The notes under the pieces are model-generated. The model had not been told where the DNA came from and searched no databases. It was given only the letters and a program-made list of their open reading frames with translations. A DNA stretch of 64,000 nucleotides from Paragordius varius (lineage: Eukaryota > Animalia > Nematomorpha): contig OZ176050.1 of NCBI GenBank assembly GCA_964247055.1, forward strand, positions 5,518,001-5,582,000, in the 5' to 3' direction. Position numbers and translations under genes: made by a program. Shown one piece after another: positions 1 to 15,100 of this stretch. The first letter of the stretch is position 1. Each line of letters starts with the position of its first letter.

Positions 1-3000
1 GTTGGATATACTCATATTTGATTAAAGAATATAATTTGATTGTTGAGAAGTTAGGGTTGATTGTTGGATATACTCATATTTGAATGGAAAATATAATTTG
101 ATTGTTGAGAAGTTACGGTTGATTGTTGGATATACTCATATTTGAATGGAAAATATAATTTGATTGTTGAGAAGTTACGGTTGATTGTTGGATATACTCA
201 TATTGAAAATATAATTTGATTGTTGAGAGGTTACGGTTAATTGTTGGATATACTCATATTTGAATGAAAAATATAATTTGATTGTTGAGAGGTTACGGTT
301 GATTGTTGGATATACTCATATTTGAATGGAAAATATAATTTGATTGTTGAGAAGTTACGGTTGATTGTTGGATATACTCATATTTGAGTGGAAAATATAA
401 TTTGATTGTTGAGAAGTTACGGTTGATTGTTGGATGTACTCATATTTGAATGGAAAATATATTTTGATTGTTGAGAAGTTACGGTTGATTATTGGAAATA
501 CTCATATTTGTATGGAAAATATATAATTGATTGTTGAGAAGTTACGGTTGATTGTTGGATATACTCATATTTGATTGGAGAATATAATTTGATTGTTGAG
601 AGGTTACGGTTGATTGTTGGAAACACTCATATTTGAATGGAAAATATAATATGATTGTTGAGAGGTTACGGTTGATTGTTGGAAATACTCATATTTGTAT
701 GGAAAATATATAATTGATTGTTGAGAAGTTACGGTTGATTGTTGGATATACTCATATTTGAGTGAAAAATATAATTTGATTCATATTTGAATGGAAAATA
801 TAATTTGATTGTTGAGAAGTTACGGTTGATTGTTGGATATACTCATATTTGAGTGGAAAATATAATTTGATTGAAGTTACGGTTGATTGTTGGATGTACT
901 CATATTTGAATGGAAAATATATTTTGATTGTTGAGAAGTTACGGTTGATTATTGGAAATACTCATATTTGTATGGAAAATATATAATTGATTGTTGAGAA
1001 GTTACGGTTGATTGTTGGATATACTCATATTTGATTGGAGAATATAATTTGATTGTTGAGAGGTTACGGTTGATTGTTGGAAACACTCATATTTGAATGG
1101 AAAATATAATTTGATTGTTGAGAAGTTACGGTTTATTGTTGGATATACTCATATTTGAATGGAAAATATAATTTGATTGTTGAGAAGTTACGGTGGATTG
1201 TTGGAAATACTCATATTTGAATGGAAAATATATTTTGATTGTTGAGAAGTTACGGTTGATTGTTGGAAATACTCATATTTGATTGGAGAATATAATTTGA
1301 TTGTTGAGAAGTTACGGATTATTGTTGGATATATTCATATTTGAGTGGAAAATATAATTTGATTGTTGAGAAGTTACGGTTGAATGTTGGATATACTCAT
1401 ATTGAAAATATAATTTGATTGTTGAGAGGTTACGGTTGATTGTTGGAAATACTCATATTTGAATGAAAAATATAATTTGATTGTTGATTACGGTTGATTG
1501 TTGGATATACTCATATTTGAATGGAAAATATAATTTGATTGTTGAGAAGTTACGGTTGATTATTGGATATATTCATATTTGAATGGAAAATATAATTTGA
1601 TTGTTGAGAAGTTACGGTTGATTGTTGGATATACTCATATTTGAGTGGAAAATATAATTTGATTGAAGTTACGGTTGATTGTTGGATGTACTCATATTTG
1701 AATGGAAAATATATTTTGATTGTTGAGAAGTTACGGTTGATTATTGGAAATACTCATATTTGTATGGAAAATATATAATTGATTGTTGAGAAGTTACGGT
1801 TGATTGTTGGATATACTCATATTCGAATGGAAAATATAATTTGATTGTTGAGAAGTTACGGTTTATTGTTGGATATACTCATATTGAAAATATAATTTGA
1901 TTGTTGAGAGGTTACGGTTGATTGTTGGAAATACTCATATTTGAGTGGAAAATATAATTTGATTGTTGAGAAGTTACGGTACATTATTGGAATATACTCA
2001 TATTTGAATGGAAAATATAATTTGATTGTTGAGAAGTTACGGTTGATTGTTGGATATACTCATATTTGAATGGAAAATATAATTTGATTGTTGAGAAGTT
2101 AGGGTTGATTATTGGATATACTCATATTTGAATGGAAAATATAATTTGATTGTTGAGAAGTTACGGTTGATTATTGGATATACTCATATTTGAATGGAAA
2201 ATATAATTTGATTGTTGAGAAGTTACGGTTGATTGTTGGATATACTCATATTTGAATGGAAAATATAATTTGATTGTTGAGAAGTTACGGTTGATTGTTG
2301 GATATACTTATATTTGAATGGAAAATATAATTTGATTGTTGAGAAGTTACGGTTTATTGTTAGATATACTCACATTTGAAGGAAAATATAATTTGATTGT
2401 TGAGAAGTTACGGTTGATTATTAGATATACTCATATTTGAGTGGAAAATATAATTTGATTGTTGAGAAGTTAGGGTTGATTGTTAGATATACTCACATTT
2501 GAAGGAAAATATAATTTGATTGTTGAGAAGTTACGGTTGATTATTGGATATACTCATATTTGAGTGGAAAATATAATTTGATTGTTGAGAAGTTAGGGTT
2601 GATTGTTGGATATACTCATATTTGAGTGGAAAATATAATTTGATTGTTGAGAAGTTACTTTTGATTGTTGGATATACTCATATTTGAGTGGAAAATATAA
2701 TTTGATTCTTGAGAAGTTACGGTTGATTGTTGGATATACTCATATTTGAATGGAAAATATAATTTGATTGTTGAGAAGTTACGGTTGATTGTTGGATATA
2801 CTCATATTTGAATGGAAAATATAATTTGATTGTTGAGAAGTTACGGTTGATTATTGGATATACTTATATTTGAATGGAAAATATAATTTGATTGTTGAGA
2901 AGTTACGGTTGATTATTGGATATACTCATATTTGAGTGGAAAATATAATTTGATTGTTGAGAAGTTACGGTTGATTGTTGGATATACTCATATTTGAATG

Positions 3001-5491
3001 GAAAATATAATTTGATTGTTGAGAAGTTAGGGTTGATTGTTGGATATACTCATATTTGAGTGGAAAATATAATTTGATTGTTGAGAAGTTACGGTTGATT
3101 GTTGGATATACTCATATTTGAATGGAAAATATAATTTGATTGTTGAGAAGTTACGGTTGATTGTTGGATATACTCATATTTGAATGGAAAATATAATTTG
3201 ATTGTTGAGAAGTTACGGTTGATTATTGGATATACTCATATTTGAGTGGAAAATATAATTTGTTGTTGAGAAGTTACGGTTTATTGTTGTTGGATATACT
3301 CATATTTGAATGGAAAATATAATTTGATTGTTGAGAAGTTACGGTTGATTATTGGATATACTCATATTTGAGTGGAAAATATAATTTGATTGTTGAGAAG
3401 TTACGGTTGATTGTTGGATATACTCATATTTGAATGGAAAATATAATTTGATTGTTGAGAAGTTAGGGTTGATTGTTGGATATACTCATATTTGAGTGGA
3501 AAATATAATTTGATTGTTGAGAAGTTACGGTTGATTATTGGAAATACTCATATATGAATGGAAAATAAATTTTGATTGTTGAGAAGTTACGGTTTATTGT
3601 TAGATATACTCACATTTAAGGAAAATATAATTTGATTGTTGAGAAGTTAGGGTTGATTGTTGGATATACTCATATTTGAGTGGAAAATATAATTTGATTG
3701 TTGAGAAGTTACGGTTGATTGTTGGATATACTCATATTTGAATGGAAAATATAATTTGATTGTTGAGAAGTTACGGTTGATTGTTGGATATACTCATATT
3801 TGAATGGAAAATATAATTTGATTGTTGAGAAGTTACGGTTGATTATTGGATATACTCATATTTGAGTGGAAAATATAATTTGATTGTTGAGAAGTTACGG
3901 TTGATTGTTGGATATACTCATATTTGAATGGAAAATATAATTTGATTGTTGAGAAGTTAGGGTTGATTGTTGGATATACTCATATTTGAGTGGAAAATAT
4001 AATTTGATTGTTGAGAAGTTACGGTTGATTGTTGGATATACTCATATTTGAATGGAAAATATAATTTGATTGTTGAGAAGTTACGGTTGATTGTTGGATA
4101 TACTCATATTTGAATCGAAAATATAATCTGATTGTTGAGAAGTTAGGGTTGATTGTATATATACTCATATTTGAATGGAAAATATAATTATTTTGTTGAG
4201 AAGTTACGGTTGATTATTGGAAATACTCATATTTGAATGGAAAATATAATTTGATTGTTGAGAAGTTAGGGTTGATTTTTGGATATACTCATATTTGAAT
4301 GGAAAATATAATTTGATTGTTGAGAAGTTACGGTTGATTATTGGAAATACTCATATTTGAATGGAAAATATAATTTGATTGTTGAGAAGTTACGGTTTAT
4401 TGTTAGATATACTCATATTTGAGTGGAAAATATAATTTGATTGTTGAGAAGTTACAGTTGATTATTGGAAATACTCATATTTGAATGGAAAATATAATTT
4501 GATTGTTGAGAAGTTAGGGTTAATTGTTGGATATACTCATATTTGAATGGAAAATATAATTTGATTGTTGAGAAGTTACGGTTAATTATTGGAAATACTC
4601 ATATTTGAATGGAAAATATAATTTGATTGTTGAGAAGTTACGGTTTATTGTTGGATATACTTATATTTTAGCCGAAAATATAAATTGATAGTTGAGAAGT
4701 TACGTTTGATTGTTGGATATACTCATATTTGAATGGAAAATATAATTTGATTGTTGAGAAGTTACGGTTGATTGTTGGATATACTCATATTTGAATGGAA
4801 AATATAATTTGATTGTTGAGTAGTTACGGTTGATTGTTGGATATACTCATATTTGAATGGAAAATATAATTTGATTGTTGAGAAGTTACGGTTGATTATT
4901 GGATATACTCATATTTGAGTGGAAAATATAATTTGATTGTTGAGAAGTTACGGTTGATTGTTGGATATACTCATATTTGAATCGAAAATATAATCTGATT
5001 GTTGAGAAGTTAGGGTTGATTGTATATATACTCATATTTGAATGGAAAATATAATTTGATTGTTGAGAAGTTACGGTTGATTATTGGAAATACTCATATT
5101 TGAATGGAAAATATAATTTGATTGTTGAGAGGTTACGGTTTATTGTTAGATATACTCATATTTGAGTGGAAAATATAATTTGATTGTTGAGAAGTTACAG
5201 TTGATTATTGGAAATACTCATATTTGAATGGAAAATATAATTTGATTGTTGAGAAGTTAGGGTTGATTGTTGGATATACTCATATTTGAATGGAAAATAT
5301 AATTTGATTGTTGAGAAGTTACGGTTGATTATTGGAAATACTCATATTTGAATGGAAAATATAATTTGATTGTTGAGAAGTTACGGTTTATTGTTGGATA
5401 TACTCATATTTGAATGGAAAATATAATTTGATTGTTGAGAAGTTACGGTTGATTGTTGGATATACTCATATTTGAGTGGAAAATATAATTT

Positions 5492-5615
5492 CGAAAAAAG
5501 AAAGACTTTACTATAAAAGTCGAAAATTAAAATATATATTTTTTATATTTGTACGCATTTCAGCTTAATTTCTTTAATAAATTTCATAAATACAATGCGT
5601 AATTCTCTCAATTTT
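5492..5615. other. 124-bp non-satellite insert within the satellite (copy 1)
   Basis: CGAAAAAAGAAAGACTTTAC...TTCTCTCAATTTT interrupts the array and is flanked on both sides by AATATAATT. Confidence 0.9.
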
Positions 5616-6056
5616 AATATAATTGGATTGTTGAGAAATTACTGTTTATTGTTGTTGGATATACTCATATTTGAATGGAAAATATAATTTGATTGTTGAG
5701 AAGTTACGGTTTATTGTTGGATATACTCATATTGAAAATATAATTTGATTGTTGAGAGGTTACGGTTGATTGTTGGAAATACTCATATTTGAGTGGAAAA
5801 TATAATTTGATTGTTGAGAAGTTACGGTACATTATTGGAATATACTCATATTTGAATGGAAAATATAATTTGATTGTTGAGAAGTTACGGTTGATTGTTG
5901 GATATACTCATATTTGAATGGAAAATATAATTTGATTGTTGAGAAGTTACGGTTTATTGTTAGATATACTCACATTTGAAGGAAAATATAATTTGATTGT
6001 TGAGAAGTTACGGTTGATATTTGGATATACTCATATTTGAGTGGAAAATATAATTT

Positions 6057-6180
6057 CGAAAAAAGAAAGACTTTACTATAAAAGTCGAAAATTAAAATAT
6101 ATATTTTTTATATTTGTACGCATTTCAGCTTAATTTCTTTAATAAATTTCATAAATACAATGCGTAATTCTCTCAATTTT
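6057..6180. other. 124-bp non-satellite insert within the satellite (copy 2)
   Basis: Same sequence as 5492-5615, 565 bp downstream, with the same flanking satellite variants. Confidence 0.9.
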
Positions 6181-9100
6181 AATATAATTGGATTGTTGAG
6201 AAATTACTGTTTATTGTTGTTGGATATACTCATATTTGAATGGAAAATATAATTTGATTGTTGAGAAGTTACGGTTTATTGTTGGATATACTCATATTGA
6301 AAATATAATTTGATTGTTGAGAAGTTACGGTTGATTGTTGGATATACTCATATTTGAATGGAAAATATAATTTGATTGTTGAGAAGTTAGGGTTGATTAT
6401 TGGATATACTCATATTTGAGTGGAAAATATAATTTGATTGTTGAGAAGTTACGGTACATTATTGGATATACTCATATTTGAATGGAAAATATAATTTGAT
6501 TGTTGAGAAGTTACGGTTGATTATTGGATATACTTATATTTGAATGGAAAATATAATTTGATTGTTGAGAAGTTACGGTTGATTATTGGATATACTCATA
6601 TTTGAATGGAAAATATAATTTTATTGTTGAGAAGTTACGATTGAATGGATATACTCATATTTGAGTGGAAAATATAATTTGATAGTTGAGAAGTTACGGT
6701 ACATTATTGGATATACTCATATTTGAGTGGAAAATATAATTTGATTGTTGAGAAGTTACGGTTGATTGTTGGATATACTCATATTTGAATGGAAAATATA
6801 ATTTGATTGTTGAGAAGTTAGGGTTGATTGTATATATACTCATATTTGAATGGAAAATATAATTTGATTGTTGAGAAGTTACGGTTGATTATTGGAAATA
6901 CTCATATTTGAATGGAAAATATAATTTGATTGTTGAGAAGTTAGGGTTGATTTTTGGATATACTCATATTTGAATGGAAAATATAATTTGATTGTTGAGA
7001 AGTTACGGTTGATTGTTGGATATACTTATATTTGAATGGAAAATATAATTTGATTGTTGAGAAGTTACGGTTTATTGTTAGATATACTCACATTTGAAGG
7101 AAAATATAATTTGATTGTTGAGAAGTTACGGTTGATTATTAGATATACTCATATTTGAGTGGAAAATATAATTTGATTGTTGTGAAGTTAGGGTTGATTG
7201 TTAGATATACTCACATTTGAAGGAAAATATAATTTGATTGTTGAGAAGTTACGGTTGATTATTGGATATACTCATATTTGAGTGGAAAATATAATTTGAT
7301 TGTTGAGAAGTTAGGGTTGATTGTTGGATATACTCATATTTGAGTGGAAAATATAATTTGATTGTTGAGAAGTTACTTTTGATTGTTGGATATACTCATA
7401 TTTGAGTGGAAAATATAATTTGATTGTTGAGAAGTTACGGTTGATTGTTGGATATACTCATATTTGAATGGAAAATATAATTTGATTGTTGAGAAGTTAC
7501 GGTTGATTGTTGGATATACTCATATTTGAGTGGAAAATATAATTTGATTGTTGAGAAGTTACGGTTGATTGTTGGATATACTCATATTTGAGTGGAATAT
7601 ATAATTTGATTGTTGAGAAGTTACGGTTGATTATTGGATATACTTATATTTGAATGGAAAATATAATTTGATTGTTGAGAAGTTACGGTTGATTGTTGGA
7701 TATACTCATATTTGAATGGAAAATATAATTTGATTGTTGAGAAGTTACGGTTGATTGTTGGATATACTCATATTTTAGCCGAAAATATAAATTGATAGTT
7801 GAGAAGTTACGGTTGATTGTTGGATATACTCATATTTGAATGGAAAATATAATTTGATTGTTGAGAAGTTACGGTTGATTGTTGGATATACTCATATTTG
7901 AATGGAAAATATAATTTGATTGTTGAGTAGTTACGGTTGATTGTTGGATATACTCATATTTGAATGGAAAATATAATTTGATTGTTGAGAAGTTACGGTT
8001 GATTATTGGATATACTCATATTTGAGTGGAAAATATAATTTGATTGTTGAGAAGTTACGGTTGATTGTTGGATATACTCATATTTGAATCGAAAATATAA
8101 TCTGATTGTTGAGAAGTTAGGGTTGATTGTATATATACTCATATTTGAATGGAAAATATAATTTGATTGTTGAGTAGTTACGGTTGATTGTTGGATATAC
8201 TCATATTTGAATGGAAAATATAATTTGATTGTTGAGAAGTTAGGGTTGATTGTTGGATATACTCATATTTGAATGGAAAATATAATTTGATTGTTGAGAA
8301 GTTACGGTTTATTGTTGGATATACTTATATTTTAGCCGAAAATATAAATTGATAGTTGAGAAGTTACGGTTGATTGTTGGATATACTCATATTTGAATGG
8401 AAAATATAATTTGATTGTTGAGAAGTTACGGTTGATTATTGGATATACTCATATTTGAGTGGAAAATATAATTTGATTGTTGAGAAGTTACGGTTGATTG
8501 TTGGATATACTCATATTTGAATCGAAAATATAATCTGATTGTTGAGAAGTTAGGGTTGATTGTATATATACTCATATTTGAATGGAAAATATAATTTGAT
8601 TGTTGAGAAGTTAGGGTTGATTGTATATATACTCATATTTGAATGGAAAATATAATTTGATTGTTGAGAAGTTACGGTTGATTGTTGGATATACTCATAT
8701 TTGAGTGGAAAATATAATTTGATAGTTGAGAAGTTACGGTACATTATTGGATATACTCATATTTGAATGGAAAATATAATTTGATTGTTGAGAAGTTACA
8801 GTTGATTATTGGAAATACTAATATTTGAATGGAAAATATAATTTGATAGTTGAGAAGTTACGGTACATTATTGGATATACTCATATTTGAATGGAAAATA
8901 TAATTTGATTGTTGAGAAGTTACAGTTGATTATTGGAAATACTCATATTTGAATGGAAAATATAATTTGATTGTTGAGAAGTTACGGTTTATTGTTGGAT
9001 ATACTTATATTTTAGCCGAAAATATAAATTGATAGTTGAGAAGTTACGGTTGATTGTTGGATATACTCATATTTGAATGGAAAATATAATTTGATTGTTG

Positions 9101-12100
9101 AGAAGTTACGGTTGATTGTTGGATATACTTATATTTGAGTGGAAAATATAATTTGATTGTTGAGTAGTTACGGTTGATTGTTGGATATACTCATATTTGA
9201 ATGGAAAATATAATTTGATTGTTGAGAAGTTACGGTTGATTATTGGATATACTCATATTTGAGTGGAAAATATAATTTGATTGTTGAGAAGTTACGGTTG
9301 ATTGTTGGATATACTCATATTTGAATGGAAAATATAATTTGATTGTTGAGAAGTTAGGGTTGATTGTTGGATATACTCATATTTGAGTGGAAAATATAAT
9401 TTGATAGTTGAGAAGTTACGGTACATTATTGGATATACTCATATTTGAATGGAAAATATAATTTGATTGTTGAGAAGTTACAGTTGATTATTGGAAATAC
9501 TCATATTTGAGTGGAAAATATAATTTGATAGTTGAGAAGTTACGGTACATTATTGGATATACTCATATTTGAATGGAAAATATAATTTTATTGTTGAGAA
9601 GTTACGGTTTATTGTTAGATATACTCATATTTGAATGGAAAATATAATTTGATTGTTGAGAAGTTACGGTTGATTGTTGGATATACTCATATTTGAGTGG
9701 AAAATATAATTTGATAGTTGAGAAGTTACGGTACATTATTGGATATACTCATATTTGAATGGAAAATATAATTTTATTGTTGAGAAGTTACGGTTTATTG
9801 TTAGATATACTCATATTTGAATGGAAGATATAATTTGATTGTTGAGAAGTTAGGGTTGATTATTGGATATACTTATATTTGAATGGAAAATATAATTTGA
9901 TTGTTGAGAAGTTACGGTTGATTATTGGATATACTCATATTTGAGTGGAAAATATAATTTGATTGTTGAGAAGTTACGGTTGATTGTTGGATATACTCAT
10001 ATTTGAATCGAAAATATAATCTGATTGTTGAGAAGTTAGGGTTGATTGTATATATACTCATATTTGAATGGAAAATATAATTTGATTGTTGAGAAGTTAC
10101 GGTTGATTATTGGAAATACTCATATTTGAATGGAAAATATAATTTGATTGTTGAGAAGTTAGGGTTGATTTTTGGATATACTCATATTTGAATGGAAAAT
10201 ATAATTTGATTGTTGAGAAGTTAGGGTTGATTTTTGGATATACTATATTTGAATGGAAAATATAATTTGATTGTTGAGAAGTTACGGTTGATTATTGGAA
10301 ATACTCATATTTGAATGGAAAATATAATTTGATTGTTGAGAAGTTACGGTTTATTGTTAGATATACTCATATTTGAGTGGAAAATATAATTTGATTGTTG
10401 AGAAGTTACAGTTGATTATTGGAAATACTCATATTTGAATGGAAAATATAATTTGATTGTTGAGAAGTTAGGGTTGATTGTTGGATATACTCATATTTGA
10501 ATGGAAAATATAATTTGATTGTTGAGAAGTTACGGTTGATTATTGGAAATACTCATATTTGAATGGAAAATATAATTTGATTGTTGAGAAGTTACGGTTT
10601 ATTGTTGGATATACTTATATTTTAGCCGAAAATATAAATTGATAGTTGAGAAGTTACGGTTGATTGTTGGATATACTCATATTTGAATGGAAAATATAAT
10701 TTGATTGTTGAGAAGTTACGGTTGATTGTTGGATATACTCATATTTGAATGGAAAATATAATTTGATTGTTGAGTAGTTACGGTTGATTGTTGGATATAC
10801 TCATATTTGAATGGAAAATATAATTTGATTGTTGAGAAGTTACGGTTGATTATTGGATATACTCATATTTGAGTGGAAAATATAATTTGATTGTTGAGAA
10901 GTTACGGTTGATTGTTGGATATACTCATATTTGAATGGAAAATATAATTTGATTGTTGAGAAGTTAGGGTTGATTGTTGGATATACTCATATTTGAGTGG
11001 AAAATATAATTTGATTGTTGAGAAGTTACGGTTGATTGTTGGATATACTCATATTTGAATGGAAAATATAATTTGATTGTTGAGAAGTTACGGTTTATTG
11101 TTAGATATACTCACATTTGAAGGAAAATATAATTTGATTGTTGAGAAGTTACGGTTGATTATTGGATATACTCATATTTGAGTGGAAAATATAATTTGAT
11201 TGTTGAGAAGTTACGGTTGATTGTTGGATATACTCATATTTGAATCGAAAATATAATCTGATTGTTGAGAAGTTAGGGTTGATTGTATATATACTCATAT
11301 TTGAATGGAAAATATAATTTGATTGTTGAGAAGTTACGGTTGATTATTGGAAATACTCATATTTGAATGGAAAATATAATTTGATTGTTGAGAAGTTAGG
11401 GTTGATTTTTGGATATACTCATATTTGAATGGAAAATATAATTTGATTGTTGAGAAGTTACGGTTGATTATTGGAAATACTCATATTTGAATGGAAAATA
11501 TAATTTGATTGTTGAGAAGTTACGGTTTATTGTTAGATATAATCATATTTGAGTGGAAAATATAATTTGATTGTTGAGAAGTTACAGTTGATTATTGGAA
11601 ATACTCATATTTGAATGGAAAATATAATTTGATTGTTGAGAAGTTAGGGTTGATTGTTGGATATACTCATATTTGAATGGAAAATATAATTTGATTGTTG
11701 AGAAGTTACGGTTGATTATTGGAAATACTCATATTTGAATGGAAAATATAATTTGATTGTTGAGAAGTTACGGTTTATTGTTGGATATATTTATATTTTA
11801 GCCGAAAATATAAATTGATAGTTGAGAAGTTACGGTTGATTGTTGGATATACTCATATATGAATGGAAAATATAATTTGATTGTTGAGAAGTTACGGTTG
11901 ATTGTTGGATATACTCATATTTGAATGGAAAATATAATTTGATTGTTGAGAAGTTACGGTTGATTGTTGGATATACTCATATTGAAAATATAATTTGATT
12001 GTTGAGAAGTTACGGTTGATTGTTGGATATACTCATGTTTGAGTGGAAAATATAATTTGATTGTTGAGAAGTTACGGTTGATTGTTGGATATACTCATAT

Positions 12101-15100
12101 TTGAATCGAAAATATAATTTGATTGTTCAGAAGTTAGGGTTGATTGTTGGATATACTCATATTTGAATGGAAAATATAATTTGATTGTTGAGAAGTTACG
12201 GTTTATTGTTAGATATACTCACATTTGAAGGAAAATATAATTTGATTGTTGAGAAGTTACGGTTGATTATTGGATATACTCATATTTGAGTGGAAAATAT
12301 AATTTGATTGTTGAGAAGTTACGGTTGATTGTTGGATATACTCATATTTGAATCGAAAATATAATCTGATTGTTGAGAAGTTAGGGTTGATTGTATATAT
12401 ACTCATATTTGAATGGAAAATATAATTTGATTGTTGAGAAGTTACGGTTGATTATTGGAAATACTCATATTTGAATGGAAAATATAATTTGATTGTTGAG
12501 AAGTTAGGGTTGATTTTTGGGTATACTCATATTTGAATGGAAAATATAATTTGATTGTTGAGAAGTTACGGGTATTATTGGAAATACTCATATTTGAATG
12601 GAAAATATAATTTGATTGTTGAGAAGTTACGGTTTATTGTTAGATATACTCATATTTGAGTGGAAAATATAATTTGATTGTTGAGAAGTTACAGTTGATT
12701 ATTGGAAATACTCATATTTGAATGGAAAATATAATTTGATTGTTGAGAAGTTACGGTTGATTATTGGATATACTCATATTTGAATGGAAAATATAATTTG
12801 ATTGTTGAGAAGTTACGGTTGATTGTTGGATATACTCATATATGAGTGGAAAATATAATTTGATTGTTGAGAAGTTAGGGTTGATTATTGGATATACTCA
12901 TATTTGAGTGGAAAATATAATTTGATTGTTGAGAAGTTACGGTACATTATTGGATATACTCATATTTGAATGGAAAATATAATTTGATTGTTGAGAAGTT
13001 ACGGTTGATTATTGGATATACTTATATTTGAATGGAAAATATAATTTGATTGTTGAGAAGTTACGGTTGATTATTGGATATACTCATATTTGAGTGGAAA
13101 ATATAATTTGATTGTTGAGAAGTTACGGTTGATTGTTGGATATACTCATATTTGAATGGAAAATATAATTTGATTGTTGAGAAGTTAGGGTTGATTGTTG
13201 GATATACTCATATTTGAGTGGAAAATATAATTTGATTGTTGAGAAGTTACGGTTGATTGTTGGATATACTCATATTTGAGTGGAAAATATAATTTGATTG
13301 TTGAGAAGTTACGGTTGATTATTGGATATACTCATATTTGAATGAAAAATATAATTTGATTGTTGAGAAGTTACGGTTGATTGTTGGATATACTCATATT
13401 TGAGTGGAAAATATAATTTGATTGTTGAGAAGTTAGGGTTGATTATTGGATATACTCATATTTGAGTGGAAAATATAATTTGATTGTTGAGAAGTTACGG
13501 TACATTATTGGATATACTCATATTTGAATGGAAAATATAATTTGATTGTTGAGAAGTTACGGTTGATTATTGGATATACTTATATTTGAATGGAAAATAT
13601 AATTTGATTGTTGAGAAGTTACGGTTGATTATTGGATATACTCATATTTGAGTGGAAAATATAATTTGATTGTTGAGAAGTTACGGTTGATTGTTGGATA
13701 TACTCATATTTGAATGGAAAATATAATTTGATTGTTGAGAAGTTAGGGTTGATTGTTGGATATACTCATATTTGAGTGGAAAATATAATTTGATTGTTGA
13801 GAAGTTACGGTTGATTGTTGGATATACTCATATTTGAATGGAAAATATAATTTGTTGTTGAGAAGTTACGGTTTATTGTTGTTGGATATACTCATATTTG
13901 AATGGAAAATATAATTTGATTGTTGAGAAGTTACGGTTGATTATTGGATATACTCATATTTGAGTGGAAAATATAATTTGATTGTTGAGAAGTTACGGTT
14001 GATTGTTGGATATACTCATATTTGAATGGAAAATATAATTTGATTGTTCAGAAGTTAGGGTTGATTGTATATATACTCATATTTGAATGGAAAATATAAT
14101 TTGATTGTTGAGAAGTTACGGTTGATTATTGGAAATACTCATATTTGAATGGAAAATAAATTTTGATTGTTGAGAAGTTACGGTTTATTGTTAGATATAC
14201 TCACATTTAAGGAAAATATAATTTGATTGTTGAGAAGTTAGGGTGGATTGTTGGATATACTCATATTTGAGTGGAAAATATAATTTGATTGTTGAGAAGT
14301 TACGGTTGATTGTTGGATATACTCATATTTGAATGGAAAATATAATTTGATTGTTGAGAAGTTAGGGTTGATTGTTGGATATACTCATATTTGAATGGAA
14401 AATATAATTTGATTGTTGAGAAGTTACGGTTGATTGTTGGATATACTCATATTTGAATGGAAAATATAATTTGATTGTTGAGTAGTTACGGTTGATTGTT
14501 GGATATACTCATATTTGAATGGAAAATATAATTTGATTGTTGAGAAGTTACGGTTGATTATTGGATATACTCATATTTGAGTGGAAAATATAATTTGATT
14601 GTTGAGAAGTTACGGTTGATTGTTGGATATACTCATATTTGAATGGAAAATATAATTTGATTGTTGAGAAGTTAGGGTTGATTGTTGGATATACTCATAT
14701 TTGAGTGGAAAATATAATTTGATTATTGAGAAGTTACGGTTGATTGTTGGATATACTCATATTTGAATGGAAAATATAATTTGATTGTTGAGAAGTTACG
14801 GTTGATTGTTGGTTATACTCATATTTGAATGGAAAATATAATTTGATTGTTGAGAAGTTACGGTTTATTGTTAGATATACTCACATTTGAAGGAAAATAT
14901 AATTTGATTGTTGAGAAGTTACGGTTGATTATTGGATATACTCATATTTGAATGGAAAATATAATTTGATTGTTGAGAAGTTACGGTTGATTATTGGATA
15001 TACTCATATTTGAGTGGAAAATATAATTTGATTGTTGAGAAGTTACGGTTGATTGTTGGATATACTCATATTTGAATCGAAAATATAATCTGATTGTTGA

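Noticed and set aside
8550-8744. 64-aa minus-strand ORF in the satellite
   Set aside because: A chance open frame across three monomers after a variant removed a stop; the product is repetitive with no protein signature.
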